In this document: one piece after another, positions 24,452 through 39,369 of the stretch
Numbering within the stretch: position 1 is the first letter of the stretch
How the letters are laid out: each line of letters begins with the position of its first letter
NCBI RefSeq assembly: GCF_032062105.1
Contig: NW_026926945.1
Location: forward strand, 124,001 to 188,000
Reading direction: 5' to 3'
Source of the DNA: Saccostrea cucullata
Taxonomy: Eukaryota
Length of the DNA: 64,000 bases
Position numbers and translations under genes: made by a program
The notes under the pieces: generated by a model
What the model was told of the DNA's origin: nothing
What the model saw: the letters and a program-made list of their open reading frames with translations, nothing else
The model's database searches: none

Positions 24452-25769
24452 TAAATAATAGCCTTTAAGTCTGCATGAAAGCGTCAGTCAGCATTTGACT
24501 TAATGCTAGTCATTGTATCAACTAAAGAATTTACGAAATAATGACTTTAAACGAGGTTCCCCGGGATCATGAAACATCTTTAGCTTAAGTCCAAATATTT
24601 ATTTCGTACTAAAATTTGATGAGGTCAAACAGACAAAAAAAAAATTAAAATATTTGTCAATATTGCTTCACAAAAGTGTTTTATGATTCATTTAATAATG
24701 AATAAATATTTTACAGGCGTTTAAAAATTTGACTTAAGTCTAAATCTGTATCATGATATTATGATCCCAGCTCTGGATTTTTGCACTGTTTGTTGATCTG
24801 TATTATTTGTATATTTTATGTGATTGTGTATACAATGCACACACTCTGATAAAGTGCAAACATTAATACTGCTTTTTTATGATTTATGTCGTCTGATTCA
24901 AGATGAATGGCATCAAATGTCTGAATGATTTATATGCCAGTCAGAGATATAATTATATGCTTGCTTTCTAATTAATTTGAAAAAGAATTATTTGAGAGAA
25001 CGGCTTTTAAGCATTATTCTAGTAGTTAATTCTGAATAAAAACCACCATTTTCTCAAACAATCCCATTTTCGATATTTTGTTAACTATGAAACTCAATGG
25101 AACCTTAACTTTTATCGGATTAACTGAGAAAACTTCTCATGATCTATCTAATCTCGTTTTTGTGGTTTTGTTTACTGATCTAATACACCATCTTTGAGGA
25201 ATTCACATAAACAGGTCTCCCGTGTTTGAGCGTGCAGTTCATAATAACATTTTAAAAACTTCATTGCAAAGATAATACATCAATCACCACAAAAATACAT
25301 AAATACACATAAATACACATAAATACTCTAACTTTGAGATATCTTGATTTGTATGGACACCAGTTCATGTTATCTAGTGCAGTCCATTAACCTATATTAT
25401 ATTTGTATGGAATGTTTATTAGTTATTTACAATAAACAAAAAAAATGTGCATTGTGGTCTCTTTCCCCATTCATTGCGGTGCATATTTATTGCATATTTT
25501 TGTTTTCGCTACAATTCATAAACATAGTGTTTTCCAATGTAAAAATCAACAGAATTATTAAACAATAACTGTAATTCTCAAAGCAATATTGCCTTATCTT
25601 ATCAGTTATTTTATGTACTAAAGTCTTACGTGAGCCATTACTTTCATGTAATGATTTAAGAAAATGGAAATCTCGGGGAAGAAATTAAATTCTTTCAATA
25701 TTCATCTGAACGTTAAATTTTCAATTTTTGTAAAACTATTTTGTTAAAACAGTTTAACGATCAATTATG

Positions 25770-25890
25770 GAGATAACGTATCGTTAACTCAAAGTATATA
25801 AAACATCAGAGGTGATATCTGGTGCCATGGAGGAGTGAGCATCCCCTGACGACCGGTTATACCCACCGTGTGCTCCTTATCATGATCGAA
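25770..25890 (-). repeat. Penelope-like 3' module
   Basis: ggtgccatggaggagtgagcatcccctgacgaccggt. Confidence 0.8.
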
Positions 25891-28179
25891 AATGGAAATA
25901 TTAGTAGAAGAATTATTATATAATAAAAATGGCATAACAATAAGCATAGAAAAATGAGAAAAGAACATTTTACACATAAAAACGTACATGTATACCTTTT
26001 TTTTTTTTTTACCGGTTTGAATAGTTTAAGGGGGGATAAGACAACGATCAAATGTACAAACTAATAATTTTTGCATAGTATTTTGACAGTTCAAAATTGA
26101 TAAGAAAATATATTTTTCTCTTATCTTAAAATATATTTAGACATAAAGTAAAAAGTAGGTTTTAAATAAATAGAATTCGGTGATTTTTTTTAACGTTAAA
26201 CGTGCGGATAACGATAATCCAGTAAAGAAAACAAATTGTTTACACCTCAGGCCTGGGAAAATTAAATCAGAAAAAAAGTATAAAACGCCCCTTTGTCGCC
26301 CGGTCACACTCGCCAGAAGAAATTGAAAATATTAACAATTGGACCTTTCTTTCAAGGGTTTTGTGATTTTAGATATTTGATAACACTCCTGCGTCATTTT
26401 AAATCATTTCATGTCTCAACTTACAATGCAAAATTATTACTAACTAGTTCATGACATACATGCCCTAATATCACAATGCACCAAAATGATTCGATTGTAT
26501 CACATTTCAGTAGGTTGTTTTTATGACGCTTTTTCAGTTGTTGCATTAAAAGTCATTTTAAAAATGATTGATACACGAACTACCGGTAAGTAAAGTGTGT
26601 TTGTTCTCGCTTTCCCTATAAACACCCGCCTTTCGTCAGTAACCAGACTACCCGCATTGAAGTAGTACATTTGTAAGTCTAAATAGACATTTAAACGCAA
26701 ATTATATTACAGAACAGACAAAGATACGAAGATATTCAAATATAATTAAAAAACTTATATGCAGCAGTTGTAAATTATACAAAGAGAAGGATTAAACATC
26801 ACCGTGCATGATGCACTCATTCATTCTCAAATTCAAAACTTCAAAGGAAAAAAAAGTTCGGTCAGTGTTGGCATACTTTGAGATCTGTGTGGGCATTTAG
26901 ATTACACTGGAATAAACAGATTTATATTTTGCTGTTGAATAGGAAAGTTCTAGATGATAAACAGTGATCAAATCTTAACAAATCAATGCATAAAAAGTTC
27001 CAAACCTATATGTTCTTTTCTCTTCCAAAAAAGGTGAAGAATGTTTTTTCTTTCATTTAATAAAAGTCACCAATTTATTTTTCCAGCCGACAGTACCCAA
27101 TATAAAACAATATGCTCATTAATTAAGAAACAAAACTGCTTCATTGAATAAAACATTTAAAAAAATTTTCATTGACATATGAGACACTCAAACCACCAGT
27201 TCGCTTTTAATAAATCATTGATGAAGTTTGATATTTTTGGCCAATTGAATAAACTTATGATAGAACTATCATAAAATAGGTAGCAAAGTAAAGAATATCT
27301 TTTTCATTAACATGCGTTAGAAATAAATTGTATCAACTTGGGGTTGATGTTATTTGTTTTTAGATTGGAATTAAATTTCATTTAATCAGTGATGATGAAA
27401 CCTTGCTATGTCTAAATATGTTTATTCAGTAACTTGATTTTTTGATAAAAAATATAGAGTTAACATTTCTAAAGAAAAGAAAGCTAACTAAAATTCATCC
27501 CTTAGTCTTGTTAAGTCTAATGTTATTGTATTCTGCGGGTAGATAAAATCTCCTGAATCCAGGTGGATTAAAGGGGGATTCCCTTCTGATGACACATTCT
27601 GTGACAAATCCCAGCCACCTCTTATAGGTAGGAGTTAAACTTGATGACGAGAGGCTTTTAGTTGTCCAGTGTTTATTGATATTTTATTACAGAAAGTCGT
27701 GAACTATTCAGACAATACACGAAAAGTCACGACGCGTCGCACGGATGAGTAAACGCACCGAGAAGAATGAATGAAATCGGAGTATAGGTAATTGATATAG
27801 ATCAGACAGGTTTAAATATACATGTAAAGAGAACTCAAGCAAGTAGATGAATGAATTACAAGTAGAGCAATTGGATAAAGGTACGGATGTACTTACTATC
27901 AGACGAAGACAAAAACACTGAGAGGCATTTCAAGAGAGAAGATTACCTTAGATAATTTATATTGATACATTATACGATTCGAATGCATGTTAGAAATACC
28001 AAGAGGTTTCACAAACAATAAATTCAGAATTTGATTTTACTAGGCTAGACAGTTTAAAAAAAATATTAATCAAGAAATGAAAATATTCAGTTTTGTAAAG
28101 CAAATGGCAGAAGTAATAGTGCAAGATTTTACAAATTCATAAACATAATACCCTATAGGTACTTTTATTGATTGATACG

Positions 28180-29105
28180 ATAACCTTGTCAGCAAATACA
28201 ATCTACAGACCAATGCTGACTAATGCTTTTCTACTAACTGTTAGTCTATGTTGTTGCACACTGTACCGACTACTGATTTTTTGCCTACCATAATAGGACA
28301 GGGGCCACATGGCGATTGTAACAGGTCAACAGACGAGCCTCATTGCATGCTTCATGGCAAATGATACCAACTATGGTGTTTTAGAGGTATGTTTGGCGTG
28401 CTTCCGATTAGTACTAGTATTACTTAATGTACTTTAATGGACATTTGAGCTTGATGTCTGTTTGTAACTCACTGTCTTACTAAGGACGGCATTTATGAGT
28501 TAATGCCTATATTTTGATAAATCTCTGAAAAGCTCTCTACTGACAAAAACCCTAAGAAAGGTTACGATTTTAAATGGTGCGAAATTGAGATGGACAGATC
28601 TAGAAATTCTCCTATTTAGTTATGAGCTTGGTCTTTCCTTTTATATATTGTAAAATGACCCTTTTTGCTGTTTTGGGGGCACGGAGAGACCCATAAATAT
28701 TCTCCAACCTCGAAATAAAATTCCCGCAAACTAACCTCGAAAATTTGACTCCACGAGAATATGTAATTTACAGGAGCCTTATATAGTAAAATTAGTATAA
28801 TTGACAATTTTCAAACTTCATATACATGTATTTTTGCAATTATACGAGACTGATTAATGAATATAATATTTTTCTTTAATTGCAAGTAATTATTTACACA
28901 CTCAATTGTCGACGGATTTCTTCGTTATTTCCCGATCATGATAACACATGACAGGTGTTGCCTGCTGAAAGGGAATGCTCATTCTTCCAAGGCACCTGAT
29001 CCCACCCTTGATGTTTTGAAGGCCTATGTTTGCCGTGATTCTGATTTATATTGTTTGATGGACTTTTGAGCTTGATTACTGTACGTTAACTTCATACATT
29101 TCACT
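28180..29105 (+). repeat. Two degenerate Penelope-like 3' ends (about 28180-28470 and 28900-29105)
   Basis: accttgtcagcaaatacaat and gacggatttcttcgttattt...ggcacctgatcccacc. Confidence 0.65.
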
Positions 29106-31684
29106 TGACAGTAAAATTGTATTTGATTTAATCAGCAAGAGAGTAGATTCAGTCAGAAATTACGAGCAACGATATATTTTTTTTTTTTTTGGTTGAAAGA
29201 AAATGTTTTTGTCTGAAAGCATTACTAAATATAGATGCAAGGACTAGTATGTAAGTTTATGCTTACTTAAGGTGTAAATATAATAAAATGCAACATTGAT
29301 TAATAAAAATTATAAATTTATTTCAGCATTCTACTTTAAAAATATGCATGATCTTTTTCATGGTAATTGAAAATAGTTTGTAAGAGGTGGGTTTGAAACA
29401 AACAAATGAGTATGGTAATGCTTAATCAACTGTTATCTTAAAAATCAATACACAACAGCGACGAAAAGATTTTCCCTTAGCTAGTCACACAATAGATATC
29501 CAAATATCTGTATACTTTGAGTTATTTTTTGTCTTGAAAATAACCTGTATATATCTATGTATCAGGATTTTACCATACTAATGGCACGTCAGTTGTGTAT
29601 ACGTAAAACACATGAAATCAGAGAGAAAGAATGAATGCCTGTGTCATCTATTCCAAATATGTGATAACTAAAAGGTGTCAATATTCTGATTTATAGAAGG
29701 TAAAGCGCGGTCTGAGGTTTGCAACTTTCACATAAAAGAAAAAGTATCGCAAAATAACCATTGCTAACTAACAGTTTATGTTGACTATGAGCATCACCAC
29801 GGTTATCAAATATCTTACGATGTGATTTTGCTCGGAAAAAATTAGAGGCATGTAATTAAATTCTGACATAACTAAATGAGTGAACATTTTAAATCAAAGT
29901 AAAATTGCATTTATTCAAAATCATTTCGCGTTATTGTTTTATGAGGGGGTATGTATGTTTGACAAAAAAATTCTCTGAAAATAGTGCATGGTAGAAAAAA
30001 GTTGTCAATAAAAAAAATAATACTTACCGACACAATTTATAGTAAAGAAAAGCATCTCATTTATTTTTCTTGAACACCATCGTTTCAGTGATTTGATTTT
30101 TTTTTTGACAGTATACATGCATTTTTAAAATTAGATTTGACAGATTTGAATACTGAATAAAATCACTTTATTAAATTTTTCTAAAAAAAAAAAAAAAATG
30201 TCCAAAAGACGGACAGAAATGATAATATTTTATTCACACATTGTGAAATTTTCAAAGCTGAAACACTGCCCTGCTGACATTATAAAATCCATTTTTGATA
30301 AAACAATAGTAGATATCATAGGAAAAAAGTTAATCAAAGCATTGCAAATAACTTAATATAATTATTCATGAATACATCTATATCCTTACATTAAGGCATT
30401 TTTTTTGTCTTAATTATGCATATTTTACCTGTCAAACTAGACGTTTTAATTGTAATTAAGAAGTAACATGCAACAAAATAGTTAAGACTTAAAATGTTTC
30501 TAAATGTTTTCATTCCATCAACAGCTAAAAGCAATTGATATACATTTAAATGTTCAAAGACTGTCAATTCTGTCGATTGACGTAAAAGTCACCTTTTGAT
30601 TAAAGTACACTCTATTCAAAGTATTGCATAATCAGATTTTAAGAAGTATTCAACGCCGCAGTGCAATAAATAAGAAGCATGTCGATATTTATTACCTGAA
30701 ATGATAATAAAAAACATCTCTAACAAATCAGTATGAAATTCCGTCACGTTAAATCCTAAAAACAGAGTCGGGGTGGTTACGTTTTTGTTACGTATATGTG
30801 GATAGATATAAGGACCCGTAGAATAGTTATCGTCGTGTCTGTAAAATTTATGTGTTGTAGTTAGAAAAGTACTTTGGTGAATCACTTAATGGAATTAGAC
30901 AATACACGCCTATGTTCTTAGATGACTTACATCGTTAACCTTAATTTCTGCCAAATCTTGAAGAAGATTATAGCATGCATGTTTGTGTGTTTACTTTTTA
31001 TTTACAACTAATTGTATAGCAATTATAATTTTACTCTCACCGAAAAAAAAAACAATATTATCAAATATGGTAGACACTAAAATGTGTGGTTCTTTTTTTT
31101 TTTTTAGTAAGTTGTAATTATTCATGATTTTAAAGACTTTTATAACCCGTTTGTTATTTTCCAAAATTAATACAAACCTGGTTTTCCTCTATTCATATAA
31201 CACTTTGATGACCCTGACACCTGATGTATCACTTAATGAGTCAAGATATTTATATGATGAAATGCAAATATAGTATTGAAAAAAATATAGCAATTGTATA
31301 TTTTCTGTCATGAAGAGTTATTTTTGGTTGATAGACCAAAACCAAGTACTTTCTATGACATGGATTTCAAAGGCTGTCCATAGTATCCTTACTACTTGAA
31401 TTCGTTCAAAATGTTAATTCATTGATGCATCCTAAATGATAAGAACGAGAAGCTATCGATCTAAAAATGTATGAATAATTCAAAAATGTGAAGAAGGCAT
31501 AAAACGCCGACCCCTGGAAATTCCGGAAGTAAGAATATTATATATATAAGTCACATGGTTAATCGCATGGGCCAAAGTTAAAAAAGGTCAAAATGTGAAT
31601 TAGTTGCTTATCTAAATTTAGAAATGGCTTTTCCCTTTATATTAATGAACTTGATTTATTTTACTTCGTATTACACAGTGAAGG

Positions 31685-31970
31685 TCGCTCGACTGGCGCA
31701 ATGGTAAGAGTGTCAGCTCTTGAGTCGCGAAGTAAAAACCGTTACTGGTTCAAATTACTGTGGAACGTGGAGACCGGTCCTTCGGATGAGACCGTATAAA
31801 CCGAGGTCCCGTGTCGCAGTAAGTGCTGGCATGAAAAGGATCCCTCCCTGCTCAATGGCCCTAAGTTCCGAGTATAGATGAAAAAATTGCAGCTCTTCAT
31901 CGAAAAGTTGTGGCGCCTCCATATATGAGTGAAAAAGAAAAAAACTCTAGAGGGACGTAGAAATAAACAC
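31685..31970 (+). mobile_element. tRNA-derived SINE with Deu/Nin-type central domain
   Basis: A box TGGCGCAATGG; core ccttcggatgagaccgtataaaccgaggtcccg...aaaggatccc resembles the Deu/Nin SINE domain; tail agagggacgt. Confidence 0.75.
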
Positions 31971-33344
31971 AGTACTTGTGTAGTTCATCAAGTATTCCTC
32001 TTATTATCCCTCTTTTCGTTTGAAATTAATGTTTTTTAAATAATTATGTTGATAAAAAAGATATGTGCTGATTTTAAATAATTGTAAATATGTTGATATA
32101 TATGTAATATGCCACTTTCAGCACATACACAAATTCAATGTGCTTGAAGTGCAACGTATATGTGAATGATATTTAACAATTTTACCATTTCTTAAAAAAT
32201 GTAAAAGATTTATAAACATTTCCTTAAAATTTTTCATTATACCTTGAAATCGTGAAATCAATTTTGACGATCTTTAGAAGAGCTATTTTACCTAGTGGAG
32301 TAAAAGGACATCTGATGTACAATTATACAAGGAAAAGAAAAAAAAAATAATCAGAAGTGAAATTTCAGATTGTTTCCAGTTACAATGTAAAGTTTAAATC
32401 TATAGAATCTCAGTCTTGACACATTGGTCAACAGAGGTGTGTCGGTCCACGGATGAACTGGCGTAGCTCCTGGGATGACTACACGGGGATTAGTGGTTAC
32501 GCACAAGGAAGAGGAAAAAAGATGCTATATTTGTATTCCTCGTCTGATCATGATTGAACTGGTTTGAAGTATATGGTCCTAAATCCATATCCTTATCCAA
32601 TTGCTCATCCACCGGAAGAATTTGAATTAATACTCGTTTTGTCACCCTTTTTTCCCTTGAAAGGATGCGAAATAAAAGAATATGCTTTCAAATTAAAACA
32701 TTATATATTGAGTTTTGATTTACCATGATTTACATGTTCTGTAGAAAATATTGTCAAATATTGTACTAAAAGATAAAAAAAAGACTAAAGCCACAAAGAT
32801 ATTCAAAAAACAATATAAAAGAATACTCAATGCTAAGTGATTTGATTTATTTTCATCAACTAGTTGAGAGCTACTGTCGAGGTGCTTCAGTACTCTTTAT
32901 TCTGTTAGAAAGTATTCTTCTTTTATTTGCATGTTGTTTACGATAATGAGATAACTTTTTACGCACAAATATTTTACTCTTAAGAATAAAAAAAATTGTT
33001 TACCTAGCCTTGGGAAAGAAATTTTCCATGAAGAACCTCAACAATCCCTGAATATCTGCAGATCAAAATTCTGGGATTTGTCTGCAGTTCTGATGTCATT
33101 TGATTGAGGACACTTACAATTGTTGCAACAGAAATACAATTTAAACCTAACGTTAACCAATGATGTTTTTCTTCATTTTCTTTAGATTTAATATATTTTT
33201 AATCTATCATACGAAATCGTTATGCATATAATATGAAGCATGTCAAGAACCGTTGATTTACAAGTTAAACTCAACTTTTATTTCACTTCACAGGTTCAAT
33301 CGTAACTACGTATCTCCCCCGTGTTCTTGCTAACGAGGTGTATT

Positions 33345-33540
33345 GTGACGACGGATTTTTCCGTTATTTCCCCATCATGACAAGGAGCACACGGCGGGTG
33401 TGACCGGTCGGATGCTCTTTCCTCCATGGCACCTGATCCCACCTCTGATGTTCTGAAGGTCTTTGTTTGCTCTCCTGCTATTTTGTATTGTTTTATGGAC
33501 TTTGAGATTGAATATTGTTCGTTATCTTCACATCCTTCAT
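33345..33540 (+). repeat. Penelope-like 3' module, well preserved
   Basis: tgacgacggatttttccg...catgacaaggagcacacggcgggtgtgaccggtc...ttcgttatc. Confidence 0.85.
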
Positions 33541-33656
33541 TTAGAACAATTGTTTTAGAGAAAGTCAGAGAAACATACTTAAAGCGGTAAGTCAGTGAAA
33601 AAACTCTTACCTATCTGAGTTCTACTGACATCAATTCACAAGTGAAGTCAAATATA

Positions 33657-34817
33657 CGAGGGCTGTTCAATAAATAATGTCCTCGGTGCTCGGAAAGAAA
33701 CAAAAGACGCTTTTCAATGCTTTAGTCTTTATGATTTAACTTATTAATCTCTTTTAATTAAAACACAAGTCCGTAACATTTTTTTATCCAATTTCTGATT
33801 GTTTTTAGAACTCTTTTTTGAATATGACCCTTAGTATACTGGAAAAAGGCAGATCCAATGATTTCCTGGACTTGTTTCTTCCTTCTGAAAGGTGTTTTTT
33901 TCAAGTTTGGAAATAGAAACAAGTCAAAAGGTCAAAGATCTGGTGAATATTGTTAATGTGAAAAAACATTAACTTTCTATTTATCCCGAAAACCCCTTTA
34001 CTCTTCAGGGCGTGCCGGTTTGGATGCTGTCATGAAGAGATTCCTGATTCTGGGTCCTTACTTTAAAAAACCATTCGATTTTTTTGCCAAAAATTTGCTT
34101 TCTAGACTCCTCCTCAAATTGAACTGCCTTCCTGAATATGAAATTTAACAACAATACTACTAATATTTAAGAAAATTGCATATAAATCTGTCTTTGTGCT
34201 CTTGCAATTCTTTGCTCTTGTCAGACCTTCGCTGTTTTTATCAAGTACATCTTATGGTAAATTTTGTTTTGCAATAGATTCAACTTCCATTATCTGTTTG
34301 AATATCAAACCAAAGTGGATAACTACAATTACTGATATTTTAAAATAATTATTAAGACATGCGTACAAGCTGTCGTTTTCACTAATTTTTCAAAATATAG
34401 GGTGACCTTTGAGTACTAAGTTTTTTTTTTTTTACCGTCAAACGTTTCTTAAAAACAGTATAAACTCTACTCCCGAAATGATGTCTATTTCATTTGCTAT
34501 GTGTCTTAAAGTCAATCATACATCATCAAATATTATTTGTTGAAATTTTGCAAACAGTACATAAGTTGTTATATTTTTTTGTTAACAAGGGCGGTATCCA
34601 TTTTTGATGCCCATTATATAATTTTCTATCATTGACATTCACCTGCTCATTTGTCTATAAAACAGGCATTGGTTGCTGAAAATGTCACATATTTCAGTGA
34701 ATATTTCTTTGGGATTTTTAACAAGTTTTACAGCAGCTTTAATGAAGCTTTTATTTTCACTCTAGTTTACTGATTCTTTACCATTCATTTATAATGCAGT
34801 GTCTCGAATAGCCCTTG
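33657..34817 (-). mobile_element. Mariner (Tc1/mariner) transposon relic
   Basis: TA|CGAGGGCTGTTC ... GAATAGCCCTTG imperfect TIR; minus strand near 33890-33950 reads QYSPDL*PFDLFLFPNLKKHL (mariner YSPDLAP motif), with LHD near 34030. Confidence 0.85.
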
Positions 34818-37800
34818 TTTTCCAGCTTATCACAATGAAACTATGTCATGAAAAGTGGTCACATAAACTGTTATAAATTCATCAAAGTTTCAATAATGAG
34901 AGAAATTTAAGTCAATCATATCAAGCTATCAAGTTTCTAACTCAGATAAAAGACAACTGCGTTTTCATAATTCGAAGTATCGTTTAATGTGTGTAAATGA
35001 TTGCATGGTTGTTTTAGGTTCAAATGAACCAACTTTCTTCATTATCAGAAATTTATTTTTAGAACTATATGTACAGTTTTATGGAGTATCTATTTTGTTT
35101 AATGTTTTACATTTCTTCCAAGAATTTTATATTGGTGCACTGCAAAATAGATAACGAAATGCAAAATTCCCAGATATTCCGTCTCGCGAGCTCCTTAAAG
35201 AATGTATTCAAAATAGACCTTACACAAATGTTTAACAAATATCAGTTGTTAGGGCCGTTAGGGATGCTAGGGATAACCTAGAATGCTAGCAAGGCAAAGC
35301 TAATAAAGTAGAATAAAAATAAAGGATAGAGTATAATTTCCATACTGTAAATTTTATATAATTATGAGAATCTTTGTTTGAACATATAAAAACCAAAACA
35401 GAGTCAGATCTACGTCACTTGTGGAGAAAACGCACAGTATTCAATCTCAAGGTCCATGAAATATGATAAATAGAACAAACCTCGAGCTCAATTCCATTGA
35501 AACATAACGGATCGGGGGCAGAGTACACATAGACTTCCATCAATATCTGAGGCAGTATAGGATACATGTGTACTACGGAGAAGTAAGCATCCCCTGCATA
35601 CCTGCCACGTCAGCTCTGTACTCCTTGTCACGATTGTGAAAAAATAGAAACATTCTTACTAACATAATCTTTTGTCTGTAGCTCTTTCTATGCAGCTGAA
35701 CAGAATTAATTAAGAATTTCAATGGTTTTTTTTGCATGTTTCTTCTGTTTATGCTTTGATAGGATAATATATATTTGGAGGGTAAATTAAGCAAAACATA
35801 CGGGATGCACATCTCCTATCTGTATCTCCCTCTACCACTAAATTAAAGTAACTGACTTTAACAGAATATTTTTTATTTGTATTTTTGTTTTCGTTTGTAT
35901 AGATACGTTATATTTAGCAGTTCGGTATTTCCAATAAAAGCAAGGACAATATTATCTTTTCTTTGAAATTGAGGGTAACAATATTTTCAGCACAATTCAT
36001 CCTTTATTACTGAAAAATAAATGGATTAGCCATTCACAGAATCTTTATAAATAAGGACATTGTGCACCTCATCTCATATCACATGATCATGAGAATATAT
36101 ATTGAGTCTCCAATCGCAAAAAATAGATAATAATAAATAATTTGCTTGCGAAGCCAAAAGGGTAATACTGGGTGTGTACTAAGTGTTTGTTATTAGCAAA
36201 ATGCTCTTTTGATATGTCTTTTCTTATATCCAAAGAAAAAGATCGTGTATTTCTCCTTTTGAACTCGTTAAATATCCTGCCTTTTATTCTTATGCATGAT
36301 TAAATATTTGTAAACATTTCAGTACATACATGAACAAAGATGTGAAGGTGTAAGGGAGTTATTTTCCTACTTCCCTCCAGTCTGCTATACAATCTAAAAT
36401 CTCTTTGTAAGGTGAGATTTGGTACCCTGAACGATTGGTAGTGGCAAAGGACCAGGAAGTGTTGAATGTATCTATTTTTTGTGCTTAGTAAACCCATACA
36501 CTGTATCAATTCATCGAATCAAACGATGGAGAAAGTTCTTGCTGTCTATCTCTAGAATTGGTTCAATACACAAATGTTCTTTTAGGGAATTTGTTTGTAA
36601 AGATTCTTTAAATAATTATTATTTACTCAAACCTTTAAGATTTTGAGATTTTTTCATCAATTTCATAATCAATAAAAGTTTGTACTCTTAAATCTAACAT
36701 TTCATATACCAGTTGACGTATTCACAATGAGATGAAACATTTTAATTTTTTTAGGAAGTATGGTATTACATTTTATCTAATTATGTAAACTATATCCCAT
36801 CATCTACGAGTAAATCACGTGTAAAATTGAATGAAATATGAATAATTTCTTAATCTAAATTTTATCATGGTATTTCCAACTAAAATCAGTAAGTGAAAAA
36901 GATTGACTTTGATGTAATTGCTTTGTTATAGCTAAATACACACTCTTTGTAATGGCTAGAAACGTCAAATATATGAATGCACAAAAGGGGTAAAGTGCAA
37001 CCATCGATACACAATTGCATTTGTGTTTATCATGTTCTAAAGTTAAAAATATATTTCTTAATCTATCTGTGAGCAAAAATTCTGTTCATTATTCTTAATT
37101 TTCAAAAACATTTACTTTTAACGAAGATGATAAATCGTATCCTAATTTATCGCGAGGAATGGTTGCATAAAAATTCGTGATTTTCGCATTTTTTTTTTCC
37201 TTTGAAAATTTGAAGGGTGACAATTCACAACAAAACTAGCAGGCCGCCGAGTAGCGAGAAGGCGAATCGAAGTTTTGCACAAGGAAGAGAATGAGGATGA
37301 TATTTCAGTTTCCCGGAGTATTTCTGAGATTGACCTCATGAATTATTCAAATGCAATTTCTAGATTATTTGAAATATCTTTATTGCTAATATGTACATGT
37401 ATATTACCTCTTATAAATTGAATGCCTAAATAGGTATAATTTATGAACAGGTCTCTTTTCTCTCAGAAGAGTTAAACAGATAATATCTGTTCTGTATAAT
37501 ACGTTTTCTTAAACTGCGCAATCTTTAAACTAACGAACTTGTTGACCTGGCCTAGGGTAGAAAAAGTTCACTTGTTCAATTAAAAAAAACCCGCAACAAT
37601 CGCAGACTTACTTAGATAAATTTATGGAAATTTACCGTAATTCGGATGGCACTAGGCATCGTAAATACATCTTTTAACAGAAATTGCTGTGACTCAGTTA
37701 ACAGGAAAATATAAATCTATATGTAATCCCTAATTTGAGAAAGATTTAGTTACATTGCAATCAGCTTACGATGTACATTGCATGTAACACATTCAGGTTG

Positions 37801-39369
37801 TCTAAAATTTTCATTGAAATAATATTAAACAAATGTTTTTATTTCTCAAAAAAAAAGATAACTTACAGCACACACCTTTCTGATTTCTGTTCCTTGAAAT
37901 TAGGTGTTGTCAAGTTCAAACACAAAGGAAATATGTAAACATGGAAAATACAAATATTTTGCAAACAGATTAAGAAATGAATTGCTGATATATGAATGCT
38001 TTATTCATTTGTACTTTAATCTATACATTATCTATTTTGTTCATCTGACTTGAATCTCATATTTAATTATGAGATATATGTCTCTTAGTTTTAATAAGAT
38101 CTGAAATCTGAAATGTAAATTTCTATGCTGATTGATTGAATGTTGTTTTAGTCCCTATCGAGAATTTTTCTGTCATAAAGAGACGTCATTTTTAAATTCA
38201 ACTTTAAATAAACGTTCATGTATGCGTGGCACTCAATCGCTGGTTTTTATAGTGCTCACGCCTCACACGAGACCTCGGTTATTAACGCTTCACACCAAAG
38301 AACTTATGTCGAGCATTAAGTATCAGTACACTACGTCATAACCTAGTTTGTTTACGTCTAAGGTTCGACGGAGCGCAGCGAAAGAGAATCAAACCCGGAC
38401 CTCCCGATCACGAAGACAACTCATCTATCAAGAACGGTAAATCTTTTCTAATTTCTAGATATTTTCTTTCATTAAAAAAGTGCATTGAGCAATCCATTAA
38501 GGTCTCTTTACTTCCATATGCAGATCCATTTAACTTTTTATTCATAATGATTATTCTTTTTAACCAAAAAATATTAGAATATATTATTCATTTATTTCTC
38601 ATTTCTTTTTACAAATGATGCATCGCATCAGTGTTCACAGACAGTTTCATTTTTTTAAATTAAAGAATTAAAACTAAAAAATCCCTTCATGTCATTATTT
38701 TGATTTTTTCCATGATGTCATATTTTTTTCTGCAATTTCTTGAAATAATTTAAAGTGAACTCGATATAAAGAAAATATTCTTATCAAAGTTGATTAAATC
38801 TTAATATTGCCGTATCCTTGTGTTAACTCTACTGGTTAATATATACACGTTTTTCTAATAACTATATTCGTGAGTCCAATTTTTGAAGATCATACCTTTA
38901 TTGAATTTGACTTTGTTTTTTAGGGAGAAATGAAAGGGATAACGTAATTGTTTGTCAAAAAAGATCTCAATGGTGTTACTTTGGGGTGAATGCAGGAAGT
39001 TTTCTAAAAATGGAACATTTTCTCTGAAAGTCTTAGGGAAGATTAAAATCATATTTTTTTTTACAGTTGTGGGTCACTTGCTTCCTGCTTCTGCTGTAAA
39101 ATAAAGAAGTGTTTTTTTAATATAGCCAGGAATGACAAAGTATAATTTAACAAGTCGTGTCCTTTAAAATGTCAAGGACCTCGATTTATTTGAATGGTGA
39201 AGGTCACTGCTGTTGTTTTCTTTTTCTGTTTTAGAAATTTGACAAAAAATTATGCTTCATAGAAATTTAAAAAAAAAAAGGAAAAAGTTTTAACTTTGAT
39301 TTCAAACAAAATATCATTTTTCTCAGTTTCCAAGACCCACATTGCACAAACTTGTCTTTTGTACTTGTA

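Noticed and set aside
31685-31760. tRNA gene
   Set aside because: Only A/B-box-like remnants leading into a SINE body; no cloverleaf.
27850-37300. Short matches among 27860, 32500-32610 and 37280 (gagcaattggataa; gcacaaggaagag)
   Set aside because: Matches of 13-14 bp are expected by chance in a window this size, and no consistent reading frame links them.
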